From a virus (lineage: Duplodnaviria > Caudoviricetes), in the IMG/VR virus record IMGVR_UViG_3300020045_001629, positions 1 through 43,413 of that record: DNA of 43,413 nucleotides. One strand, 5' to 3'. Below the pieces are notes generated by a model that did no database searches, was not told the DNA's origin, and was given only the letters and a program-made list of their open reading frames with translations. Numbering within the stretch: the stretch's first letter is position 1; each line of letters starts with the position of its first letter. This document shows positions 16,875 through 25,489 of the stretch, in pieces. The translations under genes and the position numbers were made by a program.

Positions 16875-17338
16875 AGCGGTACTACTCAGCAATGGATAAA
16901 GACCGAGCCTGCAATGTGTTCTACGCGGTGCAGCACCCAACACACGGAGAGTGGGAGTTATTCAACCCAACCCAAGGGTTCGTGTACATACAGGAGCGGG
17001 ACCATGTGGTGCTCCCTGCTGTAGTACATACGGTGCAGCGGGGTTTCAGCATGCACGAGTGTTCCCGCGATGGTGGCCCTCTTACCCCACACCCGTATAG
17101 CCAACCAGACCCGAAGGTTAATATCTGGGATACACAGGTGGGAGGTACGCATTATACCAAGATGCGGATTCAACCTTTTCAGTTCAGCATGGCTAATAAG
17201 CTGGACCCGATGCAACACACCATTATTAAGTACGTGGCGCGCTTCCGTGATAAAGGGGGCATCCCTGATCTTGAGAAGGCGAAGCAAACTATTGACCTGT
17301 TAATTGATTGGGAAAAGACTAATGCAAACGCAAGTTAA
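16856..17338 (+). CDS. DUF3310 (T7 gp1.7/SaV-like) domain protein
   Basis: C-terminal QVGGTHY...IQP...IIKYVAR..DKGG..DLEKA; alternative GTG start at 16871. Confidence 0.85.
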   Translation: MDQTTVKRYYSAMDKDRACNVFYAVQHPTHGEWELFNPTQGFVYIQERDHVVLPAVVHTVQRGFSMHECSRDGGPLTPHPYSQPDPKVNIWDTQVGGTHYTKMRIQPFQFSMANKLDPMQHTIIKYVARFRDKGGIPDLEKAKQTIDLLIDWEKTNANAS

Positions 17339-17477
17339 GCAGTCCGTTATGGCTGCTATGGAAACAGGGAATCAGAGTGTAGCCCGAATGTTGTTACGCG
17401 AGTTCCAAGCTGTCGATACAGAACAAGGGCAATCTCTGCAAATGGACGTACTCCGAACGTACGGCATCATGTTGTGA
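17322..17477 (+). CDS. Small hypothetical protein (51 aa)
   Basis: Own translation MQTQVKQSVMAAMETGN...VLRTYGIML; tiles between its neighbours. Confidence 0.65.
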   Translation: MQTQVKQSVMAAMETGNQSVARMLLREFQAVDTEQGQSLQMDVLRTYGIML

Positions 17478-17665
17478 CAGCAAAGAAATACTTACCCCTA
17501 AACAGAATACTAGAAGAAATACAAAGAGCACAGCTTCAGTGTAAAGGTGCCTTCCCGGTTGTGATTAAGTTCACGACCCCGGAAGGCATTACTTTGAGCG
17601 CTAATGTGCTGACCGCCAGATTCGATGTGAACAGCGGTAACGTAGTCCTAACGGCTAAAGGATAG
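17474..17665 (+). CDS. Hypothetical protein (63 aa)
   Basis: GTGA overlap; ends at the RNAP RBS. Confidence 0.6.
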   Translation: MTAKKYLPLNRILEEIQRAQLQCKGAFPVVIKFTTPEGITLSANVLTARFDVNSGNVVLTAKG

Positions 17666-17666
17666 C

Positions 17667-20120
17667 ATGACCGGGGATCGGGATAAGCAGCACTTGTACG
17701 AAGAATCAAATGATGTGGTAGCAGCAGCAAAGCGATTAGATGAGTTGCGAAAAGGTGCAGCAGAAGGCAACCTAGACCTACCCAAAGCAAGCCGACTGAT
17801 AGCGAACACTTATGTAATGGTGCAAGACGCACTAGAAGCAGAAATGGCTATTAAGACCAGAGGCACAGGTGGCAAACTAAAGAACTGGCTTAGAGCGATC
17901 CCCACTACCCTAGCCGCAGTAATAGCCCTGCGGGAATGTATTGCAATCCTATCCCGTTCTGGTGATGGGGTTAATATCCAAACATTAGCCAGCACCATCG
18001 GCAGGCTATGGGAACTCGAAGTAAAGATCAAAGAGGCAGAGAGCGTTAATCCGATGTACATGAAGAAGGTACATGAGCAAATCAAGGATCGCTGCACTAC
18101 AGATCAGACACACATACGCCGAGTGTACAACACCGCGTATGAGAACATTATGAAGGGGGAACTAGATTCCTCGTTGAATCAAGCAGAGTACGTGCAACTC
18201 GGAAAGTACGGAGTTCAAGCATGTATGGATGCAGGGCTTGTAATTAGCCACCGAACTGTTAATAAACTTAGCACCTCAGTTATGTTCAACCTAGCCCCAG
18301 AGATTCAAGAGTTCCTTAACGACTACACCGATGCAGACGTTAGAGCAATCATGGATAAAGAGGCAGGTGCCATGCTATGCGCCCCCGATGATTGGAGCAC
18401 CCTAGCAGATGGTGGGTACTTGACTGCACGCCGTAAGCTGCACAGCCCCCTGATGAGTATGGCGCGTATCCGCAATAGCGAACGGCAGCATATCCGGGAT
18501 GAGTTCACAGCAGAGAAAATGCCTGCTGTGTTTAATGCGGGGAATTACTTACAGTCGCAGAAGTTCATGCTGCACATGCCCACGGTTAATACCATCCGGC
18601 GTATCTGGGACATCGGCGGGGGTGTGCTTGGCGTACCTACCAAGAAAGCCCCCACAAAGCCTGTCTGCCCGTTGCCCCCTGAATGGGACAAGAGCACAGG
18701 CACACCGGAGGAATTAGTTCTATTCAGTCGGTGGAAGCGCAAGGCTGTGGAGTTCTATACCGAGTTAGGCACGTGGAAGGGGCATGTACGGGAGGTTGCG
18801 GGGCATATCAAAGTAGGCGCGGTACATGCAGAGCACCCTATCTGGTTCCCCGTGTATATGGATACACGGGGCCGCTGGTACTACCGAGGCACCCCGAATC
18901 CCCAAGGCTCTGACCTAGCTAAGTCTGCCCTGCACTTCGCAGACAAGAAGCCCCTTGGTGTGCGTGGGCTGTTCTGGTTGAAGGTACACATTGCGAACTC
19001 TTTCGGGTTTGATAAAGAACGATTCATTGACCGAGCAGCATGGACTGATAAGCACTGGGCAGATATTGAAAGGGCACTAGATGATCCTGAAAACCACTTG
19101 GATGTGTGGGGTACAGATGCTCCGTGGTGTATGTACAGTGCAGCGTGGGAGCTTAGAGAAGCCTACCGAAGTGGAAACCCACAGGGATACTGTACTGGCA
19201 TTGTTGTACACATGGATGCTACTTGCTCTGGGCTTCAACATTTTAGCGCTCTGTTACGCGATCCTATTGGTGGGCAGTACGTAAACCTAAGTGATGACAT
19301 GCAGTGTGGTCCTAAGCAAGACATCTATAGCCGGGTAAGCACAATGGCACTGCAAGCCATGCAGCGGGATACCGAGAGCGCAGAGGTTGCAGTGCGCAAT
19401 ATGGCGATGTGGTGGCTTAGTGTAGGCATTCCTCGGGGCATGGCTAAGAAGCCAGTTATGACCTACGTGTATGGGGCCACCCTACGAGGAACGTGTGACT
19501 TCGTTCGAGTGTATGTTGAAGATGAACTGGGGTTAAGTTGGCCGGAAGAACAGGCGTCATACAAGTACAGTCAGTACTGCGCCATGAAACTGTTTGATGG
19601 TATTGCTAGAACTGTTCCCGCTGCTGAGTACGCAATGAACTGGTTACGCAGTATTGCAAAGGCACAACCCAGAGGCGTTCGTATGGAGTGGCGCACGCCA
19701 ACAGGGTTTCTCGTGCAGCATGACTACCAAGACTACGATGAGAAGCGAGTAGATATTCGCTCCTGTGGTATCTCCAAGGCAATTGTTAAAACTAGGAACG
19801 ACAGCACCAAGCCTATCCGTATGCAGAATGCTATAGCGCCTAACTTCGTGCACTCCCTAGATGCGGCCCATATCACCATGACTGCATTGAAGATGAAAGA
19901 AGTAAGACTGAGCATGGTAGGTATTCATGACTCCTTTGGTACGCATCCTTGTGATGTGGATACGCTGCATGTACTAACCCGCGCTGCGTTCATTGAGTTG
20001 TACAAGGACCGTAACATCCTTGGGGAATTCCTGTGGGACGTACACGGCGCTGGGGAAGTGCCTATGCGTGGAGAGCTAGATGTGGAATGCGTTAGAGACT
20101 CGGAGTTCTTCTTCAGCTAG
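17667..20120 (+). CDS. Single-subunit DNA-directed RNA polymerase (T7-type)
   Basis: DTRGRWY, PQGSD, motif A HMDATCSGLQH, motif B RGMAKKPVMTYVYG, APNFVHSLDA, motif C IHDSFGT, C-terminal FFFS. Confidence 0.98.
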   Translation: MTGDRDKQHLYEESNDVVAAAKRLDELRKGAAEGNLDLPKASRLIANTYVMVQDALEAEMAIKTRGTGGKLKNWLRAIPTTLAAVIALRECIAILSRSGDGVNIQTLASTIGRLWELEVKIKEAESVNPMYMKKVHEQIKDRCTTDQTHIRRVYNTAYENIMKGELDSSLNQAEYVQLGKYGVQACMDAGLVISHRTVNKLSTSVMFNLAPEIQEFLNDYTDADVRAIMDKEAGAMLCAPDDWSTLADGGYLTARRKLHSPLMSMARIRNSERQHIRDEFTAEKMPAVFNAGNYLQSQKFMLHMPTVNTIRRIWDIGGGVLGVPTKKAPTKPVCPLPPEWDKSTGTPEELVLFSRWKRKAVEFYTELGTWKGHVREVAGHIKVGAVHAEHPIWFPVYMDTRGRWYYRGTPNPQGSDLAKSALHFADKKPLGVRGLFWLKVHIANSFGFDKERFIDRAAWTDKHWADIERALDDPENHLDVWGTDAPWCMYSAAWELREAYRSGNPQGYCTGIVVHMDATCSGLQHFSALLRDPIGGQYVNLSDDMQCGPKQDIYSRVSTMALQAMQRDTESAEVAVRNMAMWWLSVGIPRGMAKKPVMTYVYGATLRGTCDFVRVYVEDELGLSWPEEQASYKYSQYCAMKLFDGIARTVPAAEYAMNWLRSIAKAQPRGVRMEWRTPTGFLVQHDYQDYDEKRVDIRSCGISKAIVKTRNDSTKPIRMQNAIAPNFVHSLDAAHITMTALKMKEVRLSMVGIHDSFGTHPCDVDTLHVLTRAAFIELYKDRNILGEFLWDVHGAGEVPMRGELDVECVRDSEFFFS

Positions 20121-20295
20121 TCTTAACTCGAAAGAGTTCCCAAAACGCAGGGTGCATCCTACGCACCCCGGACTCCCATTGTTGCCAAACTCTACCCGTA
20201 GTATGCACAAGCGCAGCCGCTTCTGCTTGGGTAAGACTTGCTGCTAGGCGCTCTACCTTAATCTCGGTTGAGGTGGGGCTGTCTTCACGTGGCAT
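20113..20295 (-). CDS. XRE-family helix-turn-helix protein (60 aa), candidate repressor
   Basis: R.AASLTQAEAAALVHTTGRVWQQWESGVRRM HTH signature; AGGAGG RBS before ATG 20295; own promoter; overlaps the RNAP 3' end by 8 nt. Confidence 0.85.
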   Translation of the reverse strand: MPREDSPTSTEIKVERLAASLTQAEAAALVHTTGRVWQQWESGVRRMHPAFWELFRVKTS

Positions 20296-20315
20296 ATAAC
20301 CTCCTGTAAATCCAT

Positions 20316-20344
20316 AGGATACACGCATTGAAACATAACGTCAA
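20316..20344 (-). promoter_or_regulatory. Host sigma70 promoter for the HTH gene
   Basis: Minus strand TTGACG (20344-20339), 17 nt spacer, TATCCT (20321-20316), just upstream of the RBS. Confidence 0.7.
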
Positions 20345-20367
20345 TAGAGCGACACCCTACACCTAAT

Positions 20368-20384
20368 AGCGACACTTAGAGGAC
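20368..20384 (+). promoter_or_regulatory. Phage RNAP late promoter 1
   Basis: AGCGACACTTAGAGGAC, identical to 35158-35174; intergenic; resembles the SP6 promoter core GACACTATAG. Confidence 0.85.
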
Positions 20385-20497
20385 TAACGGCGCGCTTTGC
20401 TCATTTATTAGGCAACGGCTCGGCGGCCTCAAAGCGAAGCGACAGCATGACTGCAAGGAAATGCAAAGCTGAGTTACTGCAAAGCAGAGGACAGATC

Positions 20498-20665
20498 ATG
20501 ACTAAAGTTGAAGAACCAAAGATTTACTTCTCACGAGAACAATACGAATACTTGAATAAAGTGTTTAGTGAAGTTGTAGGTACTCCTAGTACAACCAATG
20601 AAGAACTCAGACACAACGCAGGTAAGCGTAGTGTTGTGTACTTCATTAAGGACAGGGTTAGGTAG
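20498..20665 (+). CDS. Small conserved protein heading the late operon (55 aa)
   Basis: GAGG RBS; FSREQYEYLNKVFSE...GKRSVV pattern typical of this position in phiKMV-like phages. Confidence 0.75.
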   Translation: MTKVEEPKIYFSREQYEYLNKVFSEVVGTPSTTNEELRHNAGKRSVVYFIKDRVR

Positions 20666-21075
20666 TGCAACTCATAGAGCTAAACAGAGATATAGGTGAT
20701 CCAGAACTATTCTGGAAAGCATTCTGTACTGGCTGGGATGAGTGCATAGAATTGCAGTGTACTCCAAAAGCTGAATGGGTAGGACTGACTGTATCTAGGT
20801 TGCAAGAGCTTCCTAAGATCATGCTAGGAGTTACTAATGGCTCTGAGCTATTAGGGGGACTCTACTTAGTAATAGACAACGCTGACCCACACGTAGGTCG
20901 CTGCATGACTGTAGCGTTTCAATACGTACTTCCAGAGTACAGGAATGCTGGTGTATCTAGAATGATGATGGTTAGAGCTATCGAACTAACCAAAGAATAT
21001 AACTGCGCTGTACTCGCATACACTCATCGTCTAGGTGATTGGAGGTATGAGACAGTCTACAAGAGAGTGCTATGA
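20665..21075 (+). CDS. GNAT-family acetyltransferase
   Basis: YVLPEYRNAGV acetyl-CoA-binding motif; DPHVG; usual position before the portal. Confidence 0.85.
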   Translation: MQLIELNRDIGDPELFWKAFCTGWDECIELQCTPKAEWVGLTVSRLQELPKIMLGVTNGSELLGGLYLVIDNADPHVGRCMTVAFQYVLPEYRNAGVSRMMMVRAIELTKEYNCAVLAYTHRLGDWRYETVYKRVL

Positions 21076-21404
21076 GCAAGAAACTATTTGATCCATTGGG
21101 TTTGATACTAAAAGACAAACCGGATAACTCCGCTAGTGATGCAGCGAGTGCCGCTAGCGCCGCAGCAAGTAACGCTGTTGCAGAGTCTTCCGCTGCTCAA
21201 GCACGGGCTGAGCAATCAAGAGCAGCAGCAGAGCAAGCAACCCAGAACATGAAGACAAACTTCGCTACAGACCTAAAGCAAGAGAATGTAGGTACTGTAG
21301 TCTCAGGTGGTACAGCAGATACCCTTGACGCAGCTAATGCAGCAGACCTTCTCAAGAAGAAGAAGGCCATGAGCCTTAGCTCTCAACTGGGCATCAATAC
21401 TTAA
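21072..21404 (+). CDS. Small virion/tail assembly protein (T7 gp7.3-like position)
   Basis: Ala-rich; C-terminal KKKK..LSSQLGI; directly upstream of the portal. Confidence 0.75.
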   Translation: MSKKLFDPLGLILKDKPDNSASDAASAASAAASNAVAESSAAQARAEQSRAAAEQATQNMKTNFATDLKQENVGTVVSGGTADTLDAANAADLLKKKKAMSLSSQLGINT

Positions 21405-21412
21405 AGGGTGGG

Positions 21413-22969
21413 ATGAGTACTAAAATCTCGCATCAAGCACTATTTGAAAAGTTGCGCGATTCTGAGATTGTCCGAAAGGCTGTGCAGTACGCGCACTGGA
21501 CCCTCCCCGCGCTTATGGCGGACATGCAGAACCGTTCAGGCCGAGCAGTACTAGAACGGGACTATCAGGAGATTGGCGCTCTACTCACTAACTCCTTATC
21601 CGCTAAGTTATCGGGAATCCTGTTCCCAAGCTCAAGGCCGTTCTTCAAGATTAAGCCTAGTGCTGATCTACTGAAGCGAACGCTAGATCATGGCGCTACC
21701 AAGGATAAGCTGATTGCAGGACTCTCCCGCATGGAGACAGATGCGTGTGCTCAGCTATTCCAGAACGCCTCACTGAATCAACTCATCCTAGCACTGAAGC
21801 ACCTTATCGTAACTGGTAATGCGCTGGTGTATCGGGACACAGAGAAGCACCGTTCTGTTACGTATGGCTTGCAGTCCTATGCAACGAGGCGCGACGGTCA
21901 AGGGGTACTTCTCGATTGTGTACTACGTGAGTTCACTTATGTAGAGGCATTGCCGGAAGCCTTGCAGGAAGTTCTACGACGATCAAATCGCGCACGGTAC
22001 AGTAGACCCGAACAAGAAGTAATCACGTACACTCGAATTCAACGAGTAGTTCGAGGCAAGGTGCAGTACCACGTTACGCAGGAAGTAGATATTACCCCTG
22101 TAGGAACTCTGGGGATGTACCCAGAACATCTTTGCCCTTGGCAAGCACTTACTTGGAACTTGATTCCCGGTGAGCATTATGGCCGGGGGATGGTGGAAGA
22201 CTACGCAGGCGGGTTCGCTAAACTCTCCGACCTTAGCGAAGCCTCTGCCCTGTACGCCGTAGAGGTAATGCGGGTAATCAACCTAGTAAGTTCTGGGTCA
22301 GGTACAGACATTGACGATATTGCCAACGCAGAAACAGGCGAGTACGTGGCTGGCACCAAGGATTCCGTAACTGCATATGAGGCTGGGGATGGCGCAAAAC
22401 TTCAACAGGTAGAGAACATCATTGCCGGGACAGTCTCTCGTCTTAGTACTGCCTTTATGTATGCGGCCAATACCAGAAACGCAGAACGTGTTACTGCGTT
22501 TGAACTAGCACAACAAGCTAGAGAAGCTGAGACTACCCTTGGTGGCAACTACAGTTCCCTAGCAGAGAGTTGGCAAGTCCCACTGTCCCATGTGCTCTTG
22601 TATGAGAGCAAGCCGGATATTCTTGAAGGTATCATTAGTGAAGACGTAGTTCTCGGAATTATTGCAGGTATCCCAGCACTAGGCCGAGCAGCAGACGTTC
22701 AGAACTTAATGAGTGCTACACAAGAGGGAGCAGCAATCATCCCGGCTCTTGCTCAGCTTGATAAGCGCATTGATCCTGCTAAGGTCTTCGACATGATTAT
22801 GGCTGGGCAGTCTGTAGATACCAGCATTCTATTCAAAGATGAGCAGCAGCTTGCTAAAGAGAACGAGGCTAACGCCCAAGTTCAAGCTGGACAGCAGCAA
22901 GTACTTCAAGCACAGGATGCCAGTGCTCAAGCAGACCAGCTACAACAACTACAACAAGGCGCACAATAA
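21413..22969 (+). CDS. Portal (head-tail connector) protein
   Basis: 518 aa; GA.L.N.L.AKL...LFP; GEHYGRG.VE; RNAERVTAFE. Confidence 0.96.
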   Translation: MSTKISHQALFEKLRDSEIVRKAVQYAHWTLPALMADMQNRSGRAVLERDYQEIGALLTNSLSAKLSGILFPSSRPFFKIKPSADLLKRTLDHGATKDKLIAGLSRMETDACAQLFQNASLNQLILALKHLIVTGNALVYRDTEKHRSVTYGLQSYATRRDGQGVLLDCVLREFTYVEALPEALQEVLRRSNRARYSRPEQEVITYTRIQRVVRGKVQYHVTQEVDITPVGTLGMYPEHLCPWQALTWNLIPGEHYGRGMVEDYAGGFAKLSDLSEASALYAVEVMRVINLVSSGSGTDIDDIANAETGEYVAGTKDSVTAYEAGDGAKLQQVENIIAGTVSRLSTAFMYAANTRNAERVTAFELAQQAREAETTLGGNYSSLAESWQVPLSHVLLYESKPDILEGIISEDVVLGIIAGIPALGRAADVQNLMSATQEGAAIIPALAQLDKRIDPAKVFDMIMAGQSVDTSILFKDEQQLAKENEANAQVQAGQQQVLQAQDASAQADQLQQLQQGAQ

Positions 22970-23799
22970 TGCCGGAACAACTCCCTACTAATGGGTTCGC
23001 CCTTCCTATCACAGCAACGATGCCCCCTGATGCAAAGCCGGGGTTTGTAGTCCCGCCACTGGCGGTTGCGCCGCTTGCTGCTGTTCCTGCGGTAGTCCCG
23101 CCTAGTGCGGATGCAAGCCTTCTTGCTGCTGTCGCTGCTCTTACTGCGGCACTGCCAAGTACTCCTGCTGCTGTTGCACCTACCCAGAGTACCGGGACGC
23201 TCAATGTGCTTGATCCAAGTACTATTGAAGACCCGACTATCCGTAGCATGGCCGGAGCATTCAAGTCTCTTGGTGCGGGCCTGGACTTTGATCGAATCTT
23301 CTCGAAGGCGCTAGAGTCTGGTGATGCGAATCTACTGGACATGGCGTACCTCCGAGAGAAGGCAGGGGCCAATGCAGATAGCCTAGCAGGGCTTGCAGAA
23401 AGTATCGTTCGAGTTATTAGCCAACAAGCAGATACCGCACAGAACGCTGTGCACGCTCTGGCTGGTGGTGCTGCTAACTGGAATGCAAGCACCGCTGCGT
23501 TTAATAAGGGTGCTCCCCCTGAGTTCAAACTGGCTGTGCAGCAGATGTTGAACTCTGGTAAGGATGCTCAGATTAACGCGGCAGCTAAGCTAGTTGTGCA
23601 GTTCGCAAAGGGGCAAGGGTATGTACCAACCCCCGCAGGTTTGCTCAGTACTGACGCCGCACCGGGTGCAGGGCAAGCACTATCAAAAGCAGACTTCCAA
23701 TCTGAGTTGCAGAAACTCAATCCCAACGCAAGAGATTACCAAGCGCAACGCGGCGAGTTGTTCGTACGTAGAGCACTAGGCAGGACCCTCGGGCAGTAA
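22969..23799 (+). CDS. Capsid scaffolding protein
   Basis: Synteny; Pro/Ala-rich N-terminus; AGG..NW; C-terminal RR.LGR..G. Confidence 0.88.
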   Translation: MPEQLPTNGFALPITATMPPDAKPGFVVPPLAVAPLAAVPAVVPPSADASLLAAVAALTAALPSTPAAVAPTQSTGTLNVLDPSTIEDPTIRSMAGAFKSLGAGLDFDRIFSKALESGDANLLDMAYLREKAGANADSLAGLAESIVRVISQQADTAQNAVHALAGGAANWNASTAAFNKGAPPEFKLAVQQMLNSGKDAQINAAAKLVVQFAKGQGYVPTPAGLLSTDAAPGAGQALSKADFQSELQKLNPNARDYQAQRGELFVRRALGRTLGQ

Positions 23800-23819
23800 C
23801 CAAAAAGAAGCACCACAAG

Positions 23820-23845
23820 AACCTCACGCAAGTGGGGTTTTTTTT
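23820..23845 (+). terminator. Intrinsic terminator-like hairpin upstream of the capsid gene
   Basis: AACCTCAC-GCAA-GTGGGGTT with an 8 T run (23838-23845). Confidence 0.65.
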
Positions 23846-23865
23846 CGTCTATAGGAAAGTAATAA

Positions 23866-24867
23866 ATGGCTCAGAATCCGTACGCTGCTGTACAAACTCG
23901 CCCTGATTGGGCTGGCGCTAACGCCGACCTCGACATCCACCTTGAAGCATACGAAGGTGACATCGACGGTTCGTTCCGCGTTGAATCAATGTTCCGCGCT
24001 AGTGGCTTGACTAACTTCAAGTCTGTTGAATCGCAAAGCAATACGTGGCGTGGTGATCGCGTCGGCGGTGTTGCTGTTAAGGGCCGGAAGTCTGGTGATG
24101 CGCTCGATGGTTCGCGTCAGATCAACGACAAGTTCCTCATCACGGTTGATACGACTTCGTACATCCGTAGCCCAGTGGATTATCAAGACCAATGGACGGC
24201 CCCGGACTACCAAGCGGAACTCTCTGCCGAGCATGGCACGGCACACGCCAAGGCGTTTGACCAAGCACACATCATCCAGCTTATTAAAGCTGGTGCATGG
24301 GTCGCTCCGGTTGATCTTGCTGCGTCAGGCGCTTTCTTCGATGGTATCAGTACCACGATGACCGGCTATGCTGCTCAGGCTGATGCTGAACTCAAGGCCG
24401 ATTACATCGTGAAGGCGCACAAGGCGGCGCTTGCTACGTTTGTGAAGCGTGACCTTGGCGGCTCCCTCTCGGAGTTCGTTACCCTTATTGAACCGGATAC
24501 GTTCAATTCCCTGCTCGACCACAAGAAGCTCATGAATGTGGATTACCAGCAAGACGCCGGTAACAACATGGTTATGCGCCGCATTGCGTGGCTCAACGGT
24601 TGCCGGGTTATTGAAACCCCGCGCTTCCCGACTGCGGCTATCCCCGCGCACTTCTTGGGTGCTGCGTTCAATGTGTCGGCTGCTGAAGCGAAGGCACGTG
24701 TGATTATCTTCCATCCGAAGAAGACCCTCGTTACCGTCGAAGCCAAGGGCATGACCGTTAGCTTCTGGGATGACAAGAAAGAGTTCAACAACGTGCTTGA
24801 CTCGTACACGATGTACACCGTCGGTATCCGTCGTGGCGATGCTGTTGCCGTGCTGTTCACTGACTAA
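23866..24867 (+). CDS. Major capsid protein
   Basis: 333 aa; T7 gp10-like pattern (DIHLE.Y.G, ITVDT, A.AFDQA.II); strong codon bias. Confidence 0.96.
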   Translation: MAQNPYAAVQTRPDWAGANADLDIHLEAYEGDIDGSFRVESMFRASGLTNFKSVESQSNTWRGDRVGGVAVKGRKSGDALDGSRQINDKFLITVDTTSYIRSPVDYQDQWTAPDYQAELSAEHGTAHAKAFDQAHIIQLIKAGAWVAPVDLAASGAFFDGISTTMTGYAAQADAELKADYIVKAHKAALATFVKRDLGGSLSEFVTLIEPDTFNSLLDHKKLMNVDYQQDAGNNMVMRRIAWLNGCRVIETPRFPTAAIPAHFLGAAFNVSAAEAKARVIIFHPKKTLVTVEAKGMTVSFWDDKKEFNNVLDSYTMYTVGIRRGDAVAVLFTD

Positions 24868-24879
24868 GTAGTACCAACT

Positions 24880-24921
24880 AGGGAGTCTCCACTTAACCAG
24901 TGTGAGGCTCCCTTTTTTTTT
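24880..24921 (+). terminator. Intrinsic terminator after the capsid gene (T-phi equivalent)
   Basis: GGGAGTCTC...GAGGCTCCC followed by 9 T. Confidence 0.85.
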
Positions 24922-24936
24922 GCCTATGGGGTTCCT

Positions 24937-25488
24937 TTGAAATTACTCACCGCAGTCAATCTTATGCTCCCCAAACTGGGCGAGCATCCCGTTACTTCAC
25001 TCACGATCAAACACAACACCTTGGCTATCCTACTGCCTGAAGTAGAGAACGAACTTCGTACATTCCTACTCAGAGGTTGGTGGTTCAACGAGTACCCATA
25101 CACAGCAACCCCAGACAGTGAAGGCTTCATTGCGCTGGGAGAGAACACCCTTGCATTTGTACCTACTCTGGTAGAAGCCTCCGTACGTGGCTCCCAGTTG
25201 TTTAATCCCAGCACTTTGAACTATGTCTGGACAGCGCCTGTAGTTGGTAGGCTCACGGAGTACGTGCCCTTTGATAGCCTGCCTGAGTCAGTTGCTCAGC
25301 ATGTGTGGTACAGCGCCCTCGTCAATGCCTATGTCACTGATCTAGGGCTTACGTCCGATGTACAGATATGGCAGACCAAGAGCGGCGGAGCGTACACACA
25401 AGTACTAGCTGAACATCTGCGCAACAGGAAGTACAGTACAGCAAAGTCATATAGGTTTCGGCATCTTCGCTCAGCGATGAGTGCGTAG
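24937..25488 (+). CDS. Tail tubular protein A (gp11-like adaptor)
   Basis: L.AVN..L..LGE.PV, GWWFN, PFDSLPE motifs. Confidence 0.93.
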   Translation: MKLLTAVNLMLPKLGEHPVTSLTIKHNTLAILLPEVENELRTFLLRGWWFNEYPYTATPDSEGFIALGENTLAFVPTLVEASVRGSQLFNPSTLNYVWTAPVVGRLTEYVPFDSLPESVAQHVWYSALVNAYVTDLGLTSDVQIWQTKSGGAYTQVLAEHLRNRKYSTAKSYRFRHLRSAMSA

Positions 25489-25489
25489 T

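Noticed and set aside
15921-17338. Phosphoesterase plus DUF3310 as a novel defence or DNA-modification system
   Set aside because: Both families are routine in the replication block of related podophages, and no modification enzymes accompany them.
10451-20120. Introns or inteins in DNA polymerase or RNAP
   Set aside because: Both frames are continuous and of normal length; no intein C/S...HN boundary motifs were noticed.
24840-24937. Programmed frameshift giving an extended capsid protein (T7 10B-like)
   Set aside because: No slippery site near the stop, and a terminator follows immediately.
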